A DNA stretch of 64,000 bases from an uncultured Candidatus Entotheonella sp. (lineage in GTDB: Bacteria; Tectomicrobia; Entotheonellia; Entotheonellales; Entotheonellaceae). How positions within the stretch are numbered: the stretch's first letter is position 1; each line of letters begins with the position of its first letter. The DNA is taken from the NCBI GenBank assembly GCA_965215335.1, contig CBDCDA010000002.1, forward strand, positions 768,001 to 832,000, written 5' to 3'. The position numbers and the translations under genes are program-made. The notes under the pieces were generated by a model. The model had not been told where the DNA came from. It did no database searches and worked only from the letters and a program-made list of their open reading frames with translations. This document shows, piece by piece, positions 22,279-33,172 of the stretch.

Positions 22279-23475
22279 TTGTCCAACCCCGCATCGTTCG
22301 ATCCCGACCCGCATCCGTCTGACGTGCAAATCGTGGCGCACCAAGGGCGCACCTTCCTTCTGGTGGGCACAGCGCATATTTCGCAGGAGTCCGCCGACCT
22401 GGTGCGACAGGTGATCAGCAGGGAGCGGCCGGATTGCGTGTGCGTGGAGCTGGACGCGCAGCGCCATGCGGCGCTGTCGGCAGGCAGCCGCTGGGAGGAC
22501 CTCGACCTGAAGGAGGTCATTCGCAAGCGCCAGCTCAGCGCGCTGCTGGCCAACCTGATCCTGGCTTCCTACCAGAAGCGACTGGGGGGCCAGTTGGGCG
22601 TGACGCCGGGCACAGAACTGCTGGAGGCGACCAAGGTCGCGGAAGAGCACGACATTCCGGTGACGCTGTGCGACCGCGCCGTACGGGTGACCATGCTGCG
22701 GGCCTGGCGTTCCACGTCGTTCCTGCGCAAGTTCTGGCTGCTGTCTGCTCTGCTCGGCAGCATGTTCGACAGCATCCGCGTTTCCGAAGACGACTTGCGC
22801 GACATCCGGAAGAAAGACGTTCTCACCGAATTGCTCCAGGAACTCGGCACGATGTTTCCTGCATTGCACAAGGTCCTCATCGATGAGCGTGATGTGTATC
22901 TGGCGGAAAAAATGCGGCAGTCCGAGGGCCACCGCGTGGTGGCGGTGGTCGGCGCGGCGCACGTGCCTGGCATTGCGCGGGCGCTGCAAGCCTCGTCGCC
23001 CGTCGATCTGGACGCCCTCGACACGATGCCGGCGACGCTGCCAATCGGCAAGTGGCTGGGCTGGGCCATTCCCGCCCTGATCATCGCGGCCATGGCCGCC
23101 ATCGGCTGGCAGCAAGGGGCCGCCGCCATGGGCGACAGCGTGCTGTACTGGATCCTGGTCAACGCCATTCCCTGCGCCATCGGCGCCACCCTGGCGCTGG
23201 CGCATCCGCTGACGATCCTCACCGGACTCGTGGCCGCGCCGCTGACCAGTCTGACCCCGGTCATCGGCGCCGGATACGTCACCGCCTTCGTGCAGGCGTA
23301 TGTCGCCCCGCCCCTGGTTCACGAGTTGCAGACCATTGCGGAGGACATGCGGGTTCCTAAGAACTGGTGGCGCAACCGGCTGCTGCGCATCTTCCTGGCG
23401 TTCATGCTGCCGACGCTCGGCAGTCTCATCGGTACGTATGTGGGCGGGTACGGTATTTTGACGGACCTGTTCTGA
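22279..23475 (+). CDS. TraB/GumN (pheromone shutdown-type) membrane protein
   Basis: LVGTAH, VELD, LIDERD, VGAAHVPG motifs plus C-terminal TM helices; start codon uncertain. Confidence 0.88.
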   Translation: MSNPASFDPDPHPSDVQIVAHQGRTFLLVGTAHISQESADLVRQVISRERPDCVCVELDAQRHAALSAGSRWEDLDLKEVIRKRQLSALLANLILASYQKRLGGQLGVTPGTELLEATKVAEEHDIPVTLCDRAVRVTMLRAWRSTSFLRKFWLLSALLGSMFDSIRVSEDDLRDIRKKDVLTELLQELGTMFPALHKVLIDERDVYLAEKMRQSEGHRVVAVVGAAHVPGIARALQASSPVDLDALDTMPATLPIGKWLGWAIPALIIAAMAAIGWQQGAAAMGDSVLYWILVNAIPCAIGATLALAHPLTILTGLVAAPLTSLTPVIGAGYVTAFVQAYVAPPLVHELQTIAEDMRVPKNWWRNRLLRIFLAFMLPTLGSLIGTYVGGYGILTDLF

Positions 23476-23509
23476 GCTTGTTGGCGATGGGGGACCGGCA
23501 GGGCAGGTG

Positions 23510-23722
23510 TCATTTCCGACCGGAAAGAAGGGTGGAAAAGTCGCTGGCGTCCGAGTCCATTTTCGATCCCACCGAGGTCGCGCAGACCGCACAGCGGTAA
23601 TCGTACTTGTTCCCCGTCGGCAAGACCAGCAGCAGATGCTGGCGCACGGGCCGCGGCTGTCGGCAACGCTGGCAGAATAGCTCTGACGCCTCCAGCGTCT
23701 TGTAATGCGGCTGTTCGGGCAT
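23510..23722 (-). CDS. Small zinc-ribbon protein
   Basis: CQRC...CAVC in a 70-aa ORF; GGAGGG RBS. Confidence 0.75.
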   Translation of the reverse strand: MPEQPHYKTLEASELFCQRCRQPRPVRQHLLLVLPTGNKYDYRCAVCATSVGSKMDSDASDFSTLLSGRK

Positions 23723-23754
23723 TTTTTTCCCTTCCCTCCGGCTTGAGGCACTTC

Positions 23755-24879
23755 GTGACAAAGGCACGTGATCCCGCCACCTACGCCGCCGCCGGGGTCG
23801 ATCTGGCACTCGGCGACGCCGCCTCGCGCCTGCTCTACAAAGCCGCTCGGCAGACCTGGAAACAGCGGCGGGACCGTTTGGGCACCGTGATTATACCGCA
23901 CGACGACTTCTCGGGCATACGCGCCATCGAGGTGGGAAACCTGCTGCCCGACACAGTCATGGGGATCGGCTTCGACGGCATCGGTAGCAAGATCGAAATT
24001 GCCGAGCGCCTGGGCGCCTGGGCCACTCTGGCCCACGATCTGTTCGCCATGGTGTGCGATGACGCCGTCGCCCAAGGCGCCGAGCCGGTGCTGGTGGGCA
24101 CCGTTCTGGACGTGAACCGCGTGGACCTCGACGCCGTCGCCCAACTTGCCGAGGGCTACGTGTCGGCCGCTGCTGCCGCCGGCGTTGCCGTGCTCAATGG
24201 CGAACTGGCAGAATGCGGCTCGCGCCTCAGCGGCTATGGCCCCTTCACCTGCAACTGGGGCGCCGGCGTGGTGTGGTTCGCCCGCCGTGACCGCCTGTTG
24301 AGCGGCGCCGCCGTGCGTGCCGGCGACGCCATCGTCGGTCTGGCCGAAACCGGCTGCCGCTCGAACGGCTACACGCTGCTGCGCCAGATTCTGTTGCGCC
24401 AACACGGCGACGACTGGCACACCGTGCCGCACGGCGAGACGACCCTGGGCGAGCTGGCCTTGCAGCCGTCGCGTATTTTTGCCAGGGCCATCGTCGACAT
24501 GCTTGGCGGTATCGATGGCGACCCGCAAGCCTCGCTGCACGGCGTTGTGCACGTCACCGGCGGCGGCGTGCCGGCCAAGCTCGGACGCCTGTTGCGGCGC
24601 GCCAATCTGGGCGCTGACCTGACCTCGCCGTTACCGCCTGGCCCGCTGTTGACGTACCTGCAGATGCAGGGGCCGGTGAGCGACCGGGAAGCCTACCGGG
24701 TGTGGAACATGGGCCACGGCATGCTCGTCTGCACGCCGCAACCCGACGCCGTCCTGGCGGTCGCCGCGCACCACGGCATCACCGCGCAGGTGGTCGGACG
24801 CCTCACCGCGCAGCGTGGCATCCGCCTGCGCAGCCGCGGTTATTTCAATGCTGGCGAATTGCTCGGCGATCCCTGGTGA
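23755..24879 (+). CDS. purM: AIR synthase (PurM-like) protein
   Basis: YAAAGVD, DGIGSK, NGELAE, RSNGYTL, HVTGGG, WNMGHG; divergent from canonical PurM. Confidence 0.7.
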   Translation: MTKARDPATYAAAGVDLALGDAASRLLYKAARQTWKQRRDRLGTVIIPHDDFSGIRAIEVGNLLPDTVMGIGFDGIGSKIEIAERLGAWATLAHDLFAMVCDDAVAQGAEPVLVGTVLDVNRVDLDAVAQLAEGYVSAAAAAGVAVLNGELAECGSRLSGYGPFTCNWGAGVVWFARRDRLLSGAAVRAGDAIVGLAETGCRSNGYTLLRQILLRQHGDDWHTVPHGETTLGELALQPSRIFARAIVDMLGGIDGDPQASLHGVVHVTGGGVPAKLGRLLRRANLGADLTSPLPPGPLLTYLQMQGPVSDREAYRVWNMGHGMLVCTPQPDAVLAVAAHHGITAQVVGRLTAQRGIRLRSRGYFNAGELLGDPW

Positions 24880-24901
24880 CCGGCTCCAGGGGAGTAATTT
24901 G

Positions 24902-25096
24902 ATGACGTGGCTTGAAATGCTGGAGTAACGAATCCTCAAGACCGCCCCGGATTCCCGCATCGTCATCGATACCGAGGCCAAGCGGGAGATCGCCAGGGAG
25001 GCTGTCCGATGCCTGCGGCCCCATGATGGCCTGACGGTCACGATCGACGAGGAACCGGCCTACCCGTGGTGGCTGGAAGAAGCGGCAGGACGGTGA
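24902..25096 (+). pseudogene. Small ORF with one in-frame stop
   Basis: GGGAG RBS, then MTWLEMLE*RILKTAPDSRIVIDTEAKREIAREAVR...EEPAYPWWLEEAAGR*; TAA at 24926-24928. Confidence 0.45.
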
Positions 25097-25300
25097 TTAA
25101 ACGGGGAAGGGCCGCGATTCGTCGCGGCGTTCTTCAATCACGAAGCCGTCCGGGTCGCGCAGTTGAATGGTCTCGCCCGGCGCCAGGTGGTACATGGAAA
25201 AGGTCTGATCTGCGAGCTTCTCGCTGTCGATCTGAATGCCGTCGAAAACCCACTGCTCGCTCCCGTAAGGCTTCCGCCAGATCGTGTACGCCATGCCCAT
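25097..25300 (-). CDS. Small hypothetical protein (67 aa)
   Basis: GGAGGT RBS, MGMAYTIWRKPYGSEQWVF...; this is the C-terminal part of the 497-aa track ORF. Confidence 0.65.
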   Translation of the reverse strand: MGMAYTIWRKPYGSEQWVFDGIQIDSEKLADQTFSMYHLAPGETIQLRDPDGFVIEERRDESRPFPV

Positions 25301-25361
25301 ACCTCCAAGGAAAGCCTGCCGATCATTGCCGTGAAAACAGACGGTTCGGCGCTGTCGCGTC

Positions 25362-25389
25362 GTCATCCCGGTGCGCGCCGGAATCCCAG
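25362..25389. repeat. REP-like palindrome
   Basis: GTCATCCCGGTGCGCGCCGGAATCCCAG, same architecture as 9237-9262. Confidence 0.5.
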
Positions 25390-25461
25390 CGACCTCCGAC
25401 ACCACAAAAGCCTTCCTGCCCCCCCGGCTTTCGCCGAGGTGACGGCGGGAGTACGGTAGTG

Positions 25462-26652
25462 TCAGATAGCCTTGACCTCGCGCAGGCGTCCGACCTCCGT
25501 GGCGTCCACGTGCAGCCATTCGGACAGCACCCGTTCGGTGTGCTCGCCCAGCAACGGCGGCGGTATTGCCACGGCCCCCGGCGTTTCGGAGAGCTTGACC
25601 GGCACCCCCGTCACCCGCAACGGTCCGGCCTTGGGGTGGTCCACCTCGACCACCATGTCGCGCGCCGCCACCTGCGGATCCTCGCACACCTCGCCGACCG
25701 ATTGAATGACGCCACACGGAATGCCGTGCCGCTGCAGCGTGTCCACCCATTCGCGCGTCGTTTTCTGCTGCATGACCGGCTCGATCAGCGCCTGCAATTG
25801 CTTGCGGTGTCGCACGCGGTCGGCGTTGGTGGCGAAGCGCGCGTCCTCGCTCCATTCCTTGCGCTCCAGGGCGCCGCAGAACGCCCGCCACATGGCGTCG
25901 TTGCCGCACGCCAGGTTGATGTAGCCGTCCTCGCAGCGGTACGTTTCGTACGGCGTGATGGTGGGGTGCTGGTTGCCCATGCGCGTCGGGCTCTCGCCGG
26001 TGGCGAAGTAGATGCCGGCCTGATACGTCAGCAACGCCACCTGACAGTCCAGCATGCCGATGTCGACCTTCTGCCCGCAGCCGGTTTGCTGGCGCGCCAG
26101 CAACGACAGCAGAATGCCCTGGAAGCCCATCATGCCGGCCACCACGTCGGCCGGCGAGGTGCCGACCTTGTACGGTGGGCCGTCCGGGCTGCCGGTGAGG
26201 CTGGAGACGCCACCTTCGCCCTGGATGATCAGGTCGTATCCCGGCAGCGCGGCCTTCGGGCCGGTGTGACCAAAGCCGGAGATGGAGCAGAAGATCAGGC
26301 GCGGGTTGACCTCGCGCGCCGTTTCGTAGCCATAGCCGAACGATTCCATGGTCCCCGGCCTGAAATTCTCCACCAGCACGTCCGCGGCGGCGATCAGCCG
26401 TTCCAGCACCTTCAGCCCGTCGGCGTGCTTGAGATTCAGCGTCAGGCTTCGCTTGTTGCGGTTCACGCTCATGAAATAGGCGCTTTCGCCATTGAGAAAC
26501 GGCGGGCCGTAGGCGCGGGTGTCGTCCCCGGCGCCGGGGCGCTCCACCTTCACCACGTCGGCGCCCATGTCGGCGAGCAGCAGGGTGCAATAGGGTCCGG
26601 CAAGGACCCGCGTCAGGTCCAATACTTTGATTCCGTCCAGCGGTTTCGTCAT
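25462..26652 (-). CDS. Family III CoA transferase (CaiB/BaiF)
   Basis: VLDLTRVLAGP, GADVVKVE, NRNKRS, ENFRPG, GYD, PPLLGEHT. Confidence 0.95.
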   Translation of the reverse strand: MTKPLDGIKVLDLTRVLAGPYCTLLLADMGADVVKVERPGAGDDTRAYGPPFLNGESAYFMSVNRNKRSLTLNLKHADGLKVLERLIAAADVLVENFRPGTMESFGYGYETAREVNPRLIFCSISGFGHTGPKAALPGYDLIIQGEGGVSSLTGSPDGPPYKVGTSPADVVAGMMGFQGILLSLLARQQTGCGQKVDIGMLDCQVALLTYQAGIYFATGESPTRMGNQHPTITPYETYRCEDGYINLACGNDAMWRAFCGALERKEWSEDARFATNADRVRHRKQLQALIEPVMQQKTTREWVDTLQRHGIPCGVIQSVGEVCEDPQVAARDMVVEVDHPKAGPLRVTGVPVKLSETPGAVAIPPPLLGEHTERVLSEWLHVDATEVGRLREVKAI

Positions 26653-26675
26653 GCCTTGGGTTCCTTCCTGGCGCG

Positions 26676-27857
26676 TCAGCGTGACAAGGGGGGATGGGCG
26701 CGAATGGCTTCCTCGTTCAGATCGACGCCCCAGCCGGGGGCGTCGGGTACCCGCAGCTGCCCGTTTTCGATTTCCGGCACGTACGTCACGATGTCGTCCT
26801 TCCACGGCACATCGTCGATGTCGATTTCCATGATGCGGAAGTTGGGGACGGCGGCGCACAGGTGGGCGCTCATCAGGGTGGAGAGGTGGCCGTAGAAGTT
26901 GTGCGGCGCCACGTTGACCTCGTAGGCTTCGGCCATGGCGGCGATTTTCAGCCCCTGCCAGATGCCGTTCCACGGCACGTCGATGATGGCCACGTCCATG
27001 GCGTGGTGCTCGAAATAGGGCTTGAAGCCGCGCACCCCGAACAGCGACTCGCAGGAGGCGACGGGCGTCTTCAGCGCGTCACGGATGCGCCGCAGCGAGG
27101 CGGGATCGTAGAGGTCCAGTTCGAACCAGAAGAGGCCGAGGTCGTCGAGCGCGCGTGTCACCTGAAGGTAGCCTTCGGTTTTGAAGTTGAAATTGAGGTC
27201 GAGGAGAATGCCGACGTCGGGGCCCGCGCCGGCGTGCAGCGCCTCCAGTTGGGCGCGCAGGGCGTTGATGACGGCGCGCTCGGCGTTCAGCGATGGCCAG
27301 CCCGGCGTGCCGCCAAAGCCTGGCATGTGCAGGCGCGGCTCGCCGTCGAACAGGAAGATATTGGTCTTCAGGGCCTTGAAGCCGCGCTCGCGGACTTCCT
27401 GACCCAGCGCCACCAGGTCCTCGACGCGTTCGAGCCTCGGCTTGCCCATGGCTTCGGCCGAGTCGGCGGCCATGCGGTACGTGCCGCAGTGCGACCAGTA
27501 CAGCGGCAGGCGGTCGCGCACCGCGCCGCCGAGCAGCGCGTGCACCGGCACGCCCAGGGCCTTGCCCTTGAGGTCGAGCAGGGCGTTCTCAATGGCTGCG
27601 CTCGCTTGCTGCGTCATGCCCCCGCAGGCCTGTCGGGTGATGGCATAGATCTGTTGGCTCAAGAGTTCATGCGCGCAGGGATCCCGGCCCATCAGGCGCC
27701 GCGCCAGATTCTCGATCACCCCGCTGAGGCCGGGGCTGCCGTAGCTTTCGTTGTACTCGGAGATGCCGTGCAGGCCCTCGTCCGTGGTCAGTTTCAAGAA
27801 CGAGAACACCCGCCATCCGGCGTCGCAGTGCAGGGTCTCGTAGCCCGTCAGTTTCAT
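26676..27857 (-). CDS. Mandelate racemase/muconate lactonising enzyme family protein
   Basis: AIENALLDLKGK, LLGG, KTN, DLN, WFE, SCES, APHN, PGWG. Confidence 0.9.
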   Translation of the reverse strand: MKLTGYETLHCDAGWRVFSFLKLTTDEGLHGISEYNESYGSPGLSGVIENLARRLMGRDPCAHELLSQQIYAITRQACGGMTQQASAAIENALLDLKGKALGVPVHALLGGAVRDRLPLYWSHCGTYRMAADSAEAMGKPRLERVEDLVALGQEVRERGFKALKTNIFLFDGEPRLHMPGFGGTPGWPSLNAERAVINALRAQLEALHAGAGPDVGILLDLNFNFKTEGYLQVTRALDDLGLFWFELDLYDPASLRRIRDALKTPVASCESLFGVRGFKPYFEHHAMDVAIIDVPWNGIWQGLKIAAMAEAYEVNVAPHNFYGHLSTLMSAHLCAAVPNFRIMEIDIDDVPWKDDIVTYVPEIENGQLRVPDAPGWGVDLNEEAIRAHPPLSR

Positions 27858-28005
27858 CGGTGGTCCCTTTACGTCTGGTAATATCTGTACGCAGTGGTTA
27901 TCAAGCGAGGCATTATATCCGATAATGGCTGGCAGTATGGCATGTCCCGGCAGCTGGCCCGCTGCCGCTGGTGTCCACTGAACCGTACATCCCGAAAGGA
28001 TCTCC

Positions 28006-28230
28006 ATGACAGACAAACCCACCCTCTACGTTGATTATGAAGGCGGCACTATCCGGGGGCCGCAGGAAATCATCGGACGGCTCTTCGCCACGCCCAAAAC
28101 CAAGACGTGGTCTGGCCCGCCCGAGGCCATCACGGCCATCAGCGATCCGGAACGGCTGCGCCAGACCGCCGAGCGACTGCGCCAGCTTGGCTATCCCCTG
28201 GTCGAGAGCACACCGCCGCAGGCGTCGTAA
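28006..28230 (+). CDS. Small hypothetical protein (74 aa)
   Basis: AAGGA RBS, ATG start, natural composition. Confidence 0.55.
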   Translation: MTDKPTLYVDYEGGTIRGPQEIIGRLFATPKTKTWSGPPEAITAISDPERLRQTAERLRQLGYPLVESTPPQAS

Positions 28231-28283
28231 GAGAAGCCGCGCCGTGTGATAAGCTGCCTGAGCCGGCAAAAGGGGGGAATGAC

Positions 28284-28834
28284 ATGGCGGTCACGACGGC
28301 AAAATGGGCGCTGGAAGACTATCACCGCATGGTGGAGGCGGGCTTGATCGAGGGCCGTGCCGTGGAATTGTTGCGCGGAGAAATTGTCGAGATGTCCCCC
28401 GAAGGACCCCCGCATGCTGCCACGAGTTCAGACGCTGGAGATTATCTGTCGGGGTTATTGGACGCCCGCGCCCAAGTGCGTCAGTCGAAACCCACCACCC
28501 TGCCCGCCCTCGTTTCCGAGCCCGAACCGGATTTGGCCATTGTGCGCCGTTTGGGCCGGGCGTATCATCGCCGTCACCCTGCCCCGGAGGATGTCTTCTG
28601 GCTTGTCGAATACGCCCCCATACCAGTCTGAGCAAGGATGTGGACGAAAAGAAGCGGCTCTACGCCGCTGCCGGCATTTCCGAGTATTGGGTCGTCAACC
28701 TGCGAGACAGGACCCTGACGGTTGTCCGCCAGCCCGCCAACGGCACCTACTCGTTCGAGCAGACCTCGAGCCAAGGCGATATCACCCCGTTGGCGTTTCC
28801 CGATTTGGTGGTTTCCATGGGCAGGCTCCTGTAG
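28284..28834 (+). pseudogene. Uma2-family endonuclease, frameshifted
   Basis: VELLRGEIVEMSP, EPEPDLAIV, WLVEY in one frame; TSLSKD, YAAAGISEYWVVNL in another; shift in the C-run at ~28615-28619. Confidence 0.85.
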
Positions 28835-28865
28835 CCTGTCACACCGAACTACGGTTGTGACGGAT

Positions 28866-30394
28866 GTAAGCGTTCAGAGGGCCGTGCAATGGGAGGGGTT
28901 ATCGTAGAGCCAAGAGAGGTCAGGCGGATGATCGTGCATGAACGCCTCAAGGGCGTCAACCAACACCGAGAAGGTCGATTGTTCCAGTTGCCGACATGTC
29001 TGACGCAGCGACAGACTCCGTTGCACCCAGGCATTGCCCTTGATACTCGCCGTACCCAAGGAACTCTTGCGCCACAACACGCCAAAGCGCAAGGCGCGCT
29101 CCGCCCGGTTGTTGGTCGGCTCAACTCCCGACTCGTTGAGAAACACCCACAACGAACCCAACTCGCGCCGTAAGCACCTCACCAGACGACCGCCATCATC
29201 AGGGCGCAGCCCATAGCGTTTCATCAGACGACACAACCGCGCATACCATGCCTGCCATTGCCCCCCCACTTGGCGGCGCGTGAGCCATCTGACACAAACG
29301 CTGGAGTTCCTGCAGGACCGCCTTGCCACAGGCAGCAAGGCCAGGAGCCTGTCGCTGCGACAACTCCCGGGCACGACGAATGAGATGCGCCAAGCAGGTC
29401 TGACGAGCATTGCCCCAGGCTTGATACACCCCGTAGCCGTCACTGACCAGGATGCCGCGCCAATCCTTGATCAAAGACCCGAAGGCTTCCTGCGAACGCT
29501 TGGGATGAATACGGTACAGGGCGACGGTATCCGTGACCATGCTCCAGAGCCATTGCAAGGCATGGCGGCAGTACCAGGGCATCTCGTCAACGTAGCCCAC
29601 CCGTGCCTTGCGGGCCAAGCGAGCAATGGCCGCATCGTGCGGCACAATAGCCAGGGAGGTACGGTCGATGAGACGCCGAATCGCCCCCAGGCTGATTTGG
29701 CGCACCCAACACCGAGCGACAGAAATCCTGTACGCCGCGCCGGGAGATGCGGTGCATGGCACTGAGTTCGCCAATCAAGGCCGTCAGACGCGGGCCATGG
29801 CCGGTTTGCTGCGCCTTGGGGAGGCGGGCCTTGAGCAGCCGGCCACAGCCTGAACATCGGCCTTGGTGCAAGACCTAGTGGGTGACGTGCAACGCCATGG
29901 GTGGCAACTCCATGACCTGATGGAGGTGATACGGCGCTGTCTGGCCAGGTACGCCCTGGCCGCAGGCACAAGGTCCGGGATGGATGGCCCGCCGCTCGGT
30001 GGGACGGAGCAATCTGGAGCCTGACCCAGGATGGCCCATTCGTGCGCCCCGTTTGCCTGGGGGCTTGTCTTGCTTGCTGACAGGTCTTTGGAAGGGTGAA
30101 TCCGACGAGGGTGGTTTGTCGGATGTCTTGGACGTGCGTTGCAAGCGCTTTTGGAGTTGGTCGATTTGTTCCTGGAGTTGGGCCAGGCGTTGGTGCAGGG
30201 TGAAGAGATAGGCTTGTACAGCCGGTGGTGTGTGCTGCCAATCGGTTTGCGACAGCGACTCAGGCGGTATCGACGGTTCCATTCGGGACTTCCTGAGAAG
30301 GACAACGGGAGAGCGAAAAACGAGTGTGACCGTAGCCCATAATAGGGCCGTCATGCAATAGATACCTGCACACTTGGCCCCCCTGAACGCTTAC
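28866..30394 (-). mobile_element. Single-ORF IS66-family element (ISBst12-like), copy 1, defective
   Basis: GTAAGCGTTCAG terminal IRs; KPPSSD, SDGY, CLAHL, TNNRAERALR; internal TAG and two frameshifts; no target duplication. Confidence 0.92.
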
Positions 30395-31350
30395 GGGCAC
30401 ATCCACATCGGTATCCGTGCTGAACAGCACCGCCCGCCGGTGAGTGCGGGTATCGACCACGAGCACCACACGCAGATTGCGCCGAAGATGCACGTGGTTG
30501 AGGACTTGGTGATAGAGCACGACGGCGTCGTCTTGGCTCGCTACACGCTCAAAGCGTGTCAGGTCGTCCCAATGGACCTTGCCGTCATAAGTCTTGGGTC
30601 GCCCGGGTCCTGGGCGTCCCGGTCCTTGGTAGAGATAGCGCAGATTGGCGTCACGGCGCAGCTTGCCAATCTGATGCAGCCCCAGGGCGTGGAGTCCGTC
30701 AAGGAATTTACGTTTGCTGTAATAGCCATCCGTTATCACATGGCGTAGATGATGGAGTTGGTGGTCGCAGACCACGCCTCTCAATTGCGCCAGCCAGTCA
30801 TCGATGCGAGTGCCTTGCACCTCAGAGGTCTTGTCGCTCGGTGGTGTCTGCTCGACACTGAGGCCATAGGCGCAGTTGTCAGTGATGTCGAGCCAGGCCA
30901 CCGCAGAGACTTCCAGACCTTTTTCACTGCGCCGCTGTCGGCTATTCCAGAAGTGCTCAAGACCATAGGTGTGATTGCCACTTTTGGGGATGAAGCTGGC
31001 ATCAATGACCAGAGCCTGTTGATGCTCGGGCGCGATGACCTGGGTAATCGCCGCCTTGTTGAGTGAGACGAAGTCGAAGGGGCGGTCGTACCAGCGCGCG
31101 AAGGTGCGCTCATGATACGAACTGTAGCGGCTGAGATTACGAAACGTGGCATGGCCGGGAAGCATCGGTAGAAGCCCCAATAGATGGGCGATGAATTTGC
31201 GTTGCGGTTTCTTGGTTTGGGCCAAGGTCGGCAGTACACTTTGAAGCAGTCGCACGGGACACCTCCATTCTTTGGTTGCGTGGGCTAACACAACTATGGA
31301 ATTGGAGAACCCGTGCGACTACCTTGCTCTCAAAACTGTCCGAAGTATTG
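30395..31350 (-). mobile_element. IS4-like element copy A, 3'-truncated by IS66
   Basis: Near-identical to 31358-32674; keeps the CAATACTTCGGACAG end at 31350; transposase (GTG 31255) is cut at FSTDTDVDVP. Confidence 0.88.
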
Positions 31351-31357
31351 ATGCTGA

Positions 31358-32674
31358 CAATAGGTCGGACAGAATTTAGGCCGCCCTGTCAGTGATCGTG
31401 CCATAGTTGCAAAGGTCTTGGTATTCGGGGCTGGATTTTTCCAGGCTATGCCCTTCGGCTAGATGCTGAGAAATTCGCTCAAGCAGGTGTTGGTTGAAAG
31501 CGCGCCGTTTGACACTCGCCATGGAAAACCCTGCCTCGCTACCACCGCTTTGCTGCCGAGCTTCCAGTTTGCCCAAGGTCAGAGCACTCAGGCTCGCATT
31601 GAAGTGAACGTGCAGTTTGGCTTGGGAACGCGCTTGACAGGCACTCAGAGACGTAAACTGCTTGGCGTCTCGAAAGAGAAATTCGATCTGGAAGCGCGCT
31701 TTGTAGGCGCGATAAAGCGCCTGCGCATCCATGTCGGTGTCGGTGCTGAACAGCACCGCTTGCCGCTGGCTGCGGGTATCGACCACCAGGACGACACGCA
31801 GATTGCGCCGAAGATGCACGTGGTTGAGGACTTGGTGATAGAGCACGACGGCGGCGTCTTCGCTCGCTACACGCTCAAAGCGTGCCAGGTCGTCCCAATG
31901 AACCTTGCCGTCATAGGTCTTGGGTCGTCCGGGTCCTGGGCGTCCCGGTCCTTGGTAGAGATAGCGCAGATTGGCGTCACGGCGCAGCTTGCCAATCTGA
32001 TGCAGCCCCAGGGCACGAAGTCCGTCAAGGAATTTACGTTTGCTGTAATAGCCGTCCGTTATCACATAGCGTAGATGATGGAGTTGGTGGCCACAGACCA
32101 CGCCTCGCAATTGCTCCAGATAGGCATCGATACGGGTGCCTTGCACCTCAGAGGTCTTGTCGCTCGGCGGTGTCTGCTCAACACTGAGGCCATAGGCGCA
32201 TCTGTCGGTGAGGTCGAGCCAGGCTATAGCCGAGACTTCCAGACCTTTTTCACTGCGCCGGTGGCCACTATTCCAGAAGGGTTCAAGACCATAGGTGTGG
32301 TTGCCACTTTTGGGGATGAAGCTGGCATCGATGACCAGAGCCTGTTGATGATCAGGCGGGATGACCTGGGTAATGGCCGCCTTGTTGAGTGCGACAAAGT
32401 CGAAGGGTCGGTCGTACCAGCGCGCAAAGGTGCGCTCGTGATATGGACTGTAGCGGCTGAGATTGCGAAACGTGGCGTGTCCGGGAAGCATCAGGAGAAG
32501 TCCCAAGAGATGGGCGACGAATTTGCGTTGCGGTTTCTTGGTTTGGGCCAAGGTCGGCAGTACACTTTGAAGCAGTCGCACGGGGCGCCTCCATTCTCAG
32601 TTGCGTTGGCTACACAACTATAGAATTGGAGAACCCGTGCGGCTACCTAGCTGTCAAAACTGTCCGAAGTATTG
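31358..32674 (-). mobile_element. IS4-like element copy B with full-length transposase (31376-32581)
   Basis: Imperfect IRs CAATAGGTCGGACAG / CAATACTTCGGACAG; 8-bp duplication GATGCTGA (31350-31357 / 32675-32682); Y-2-R-3-E-6-K signature YKARFQIEFLFRDAK. Confidence 0.9.
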
Positions 32675-32817
32675 GATGCTGAAGAACCCGCGCGTAAAGA
32701 AATATTCAAAAGGACTCCCGACTGGCCGGTCTGAACTGTGCGGCCAAACAGCGCATTCCATGTGTGAGATTTGCCGGGGTTTCGAGTGCCAACGACGACA
32801 ACGAGCAAGCGTTCCAT
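32675..32817 (-). pseudogene. N-terminal stub of a P-loop-like hypothetical protein cut by IS
   Basis: GGAGG RBS; MERLLVVVVGTRNPGKSHTWNALFGRTV runs into the IS end. Confidence 0.45.
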
Positions 32818-32990
32818 TTCCCCTCCTTTCCACAACCGAACCTGCCAGAACTTGATTCAATTTTCTGGGGGCTTTCTTTATGTATTTCCCCTCAAGTCGA
32901 CTGAACGTAGCTTCAGCCATGAAATGCGGCCTTCTTATGGTGCCGTCTTATAGCGTTTTGCGTTTGCATGTCTGGTTTTCGCCGGGCGGG

Positions 32991-33014
32991 TGGGCAGACA
33001 CTCCTGTCTGCCCA
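32991..33014. repeat. Perfect hairpin (REP-like)
   Basis: TGGGCAGACA-CTCC-TGTCTGCCCA, 10-bp stem. Confidence 0.5.
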
Positions 33015-33172
33015 TGGAGGGCGGTTCCGTCCTCCACAAGGGCTGCAAGTCCGCTCCATGCGCTTGCCGAATTCTCCAAATTGCTCCTTGCTGACATACT
33101 CGTCGGCCATGTTTTTCCTCTTGGGCTTGGGTTGGCTTGCGCCAGTCTCGGGGGCCGGAGAGTCTGGTGTCA

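Noticed and set aside
22279..23475. TraB as a conjugation gene
   Set aside because: This is the TraB/GumN (pheromone shutdown) family; no T4SS or relaxase genes are nearby
22117..24552. 811-aa minus-strand ORF
   Set aside because: Antisense shadow of the TraB and PurM-like genes in GC-rich DNA; no motifs
28006..28834. Small ORF plus Uma2 as a toxin-antitoxin pair
   Set aside because: There is no antitoxin motif, Uma2 genes are commonly solitary, and this one is frameshifted
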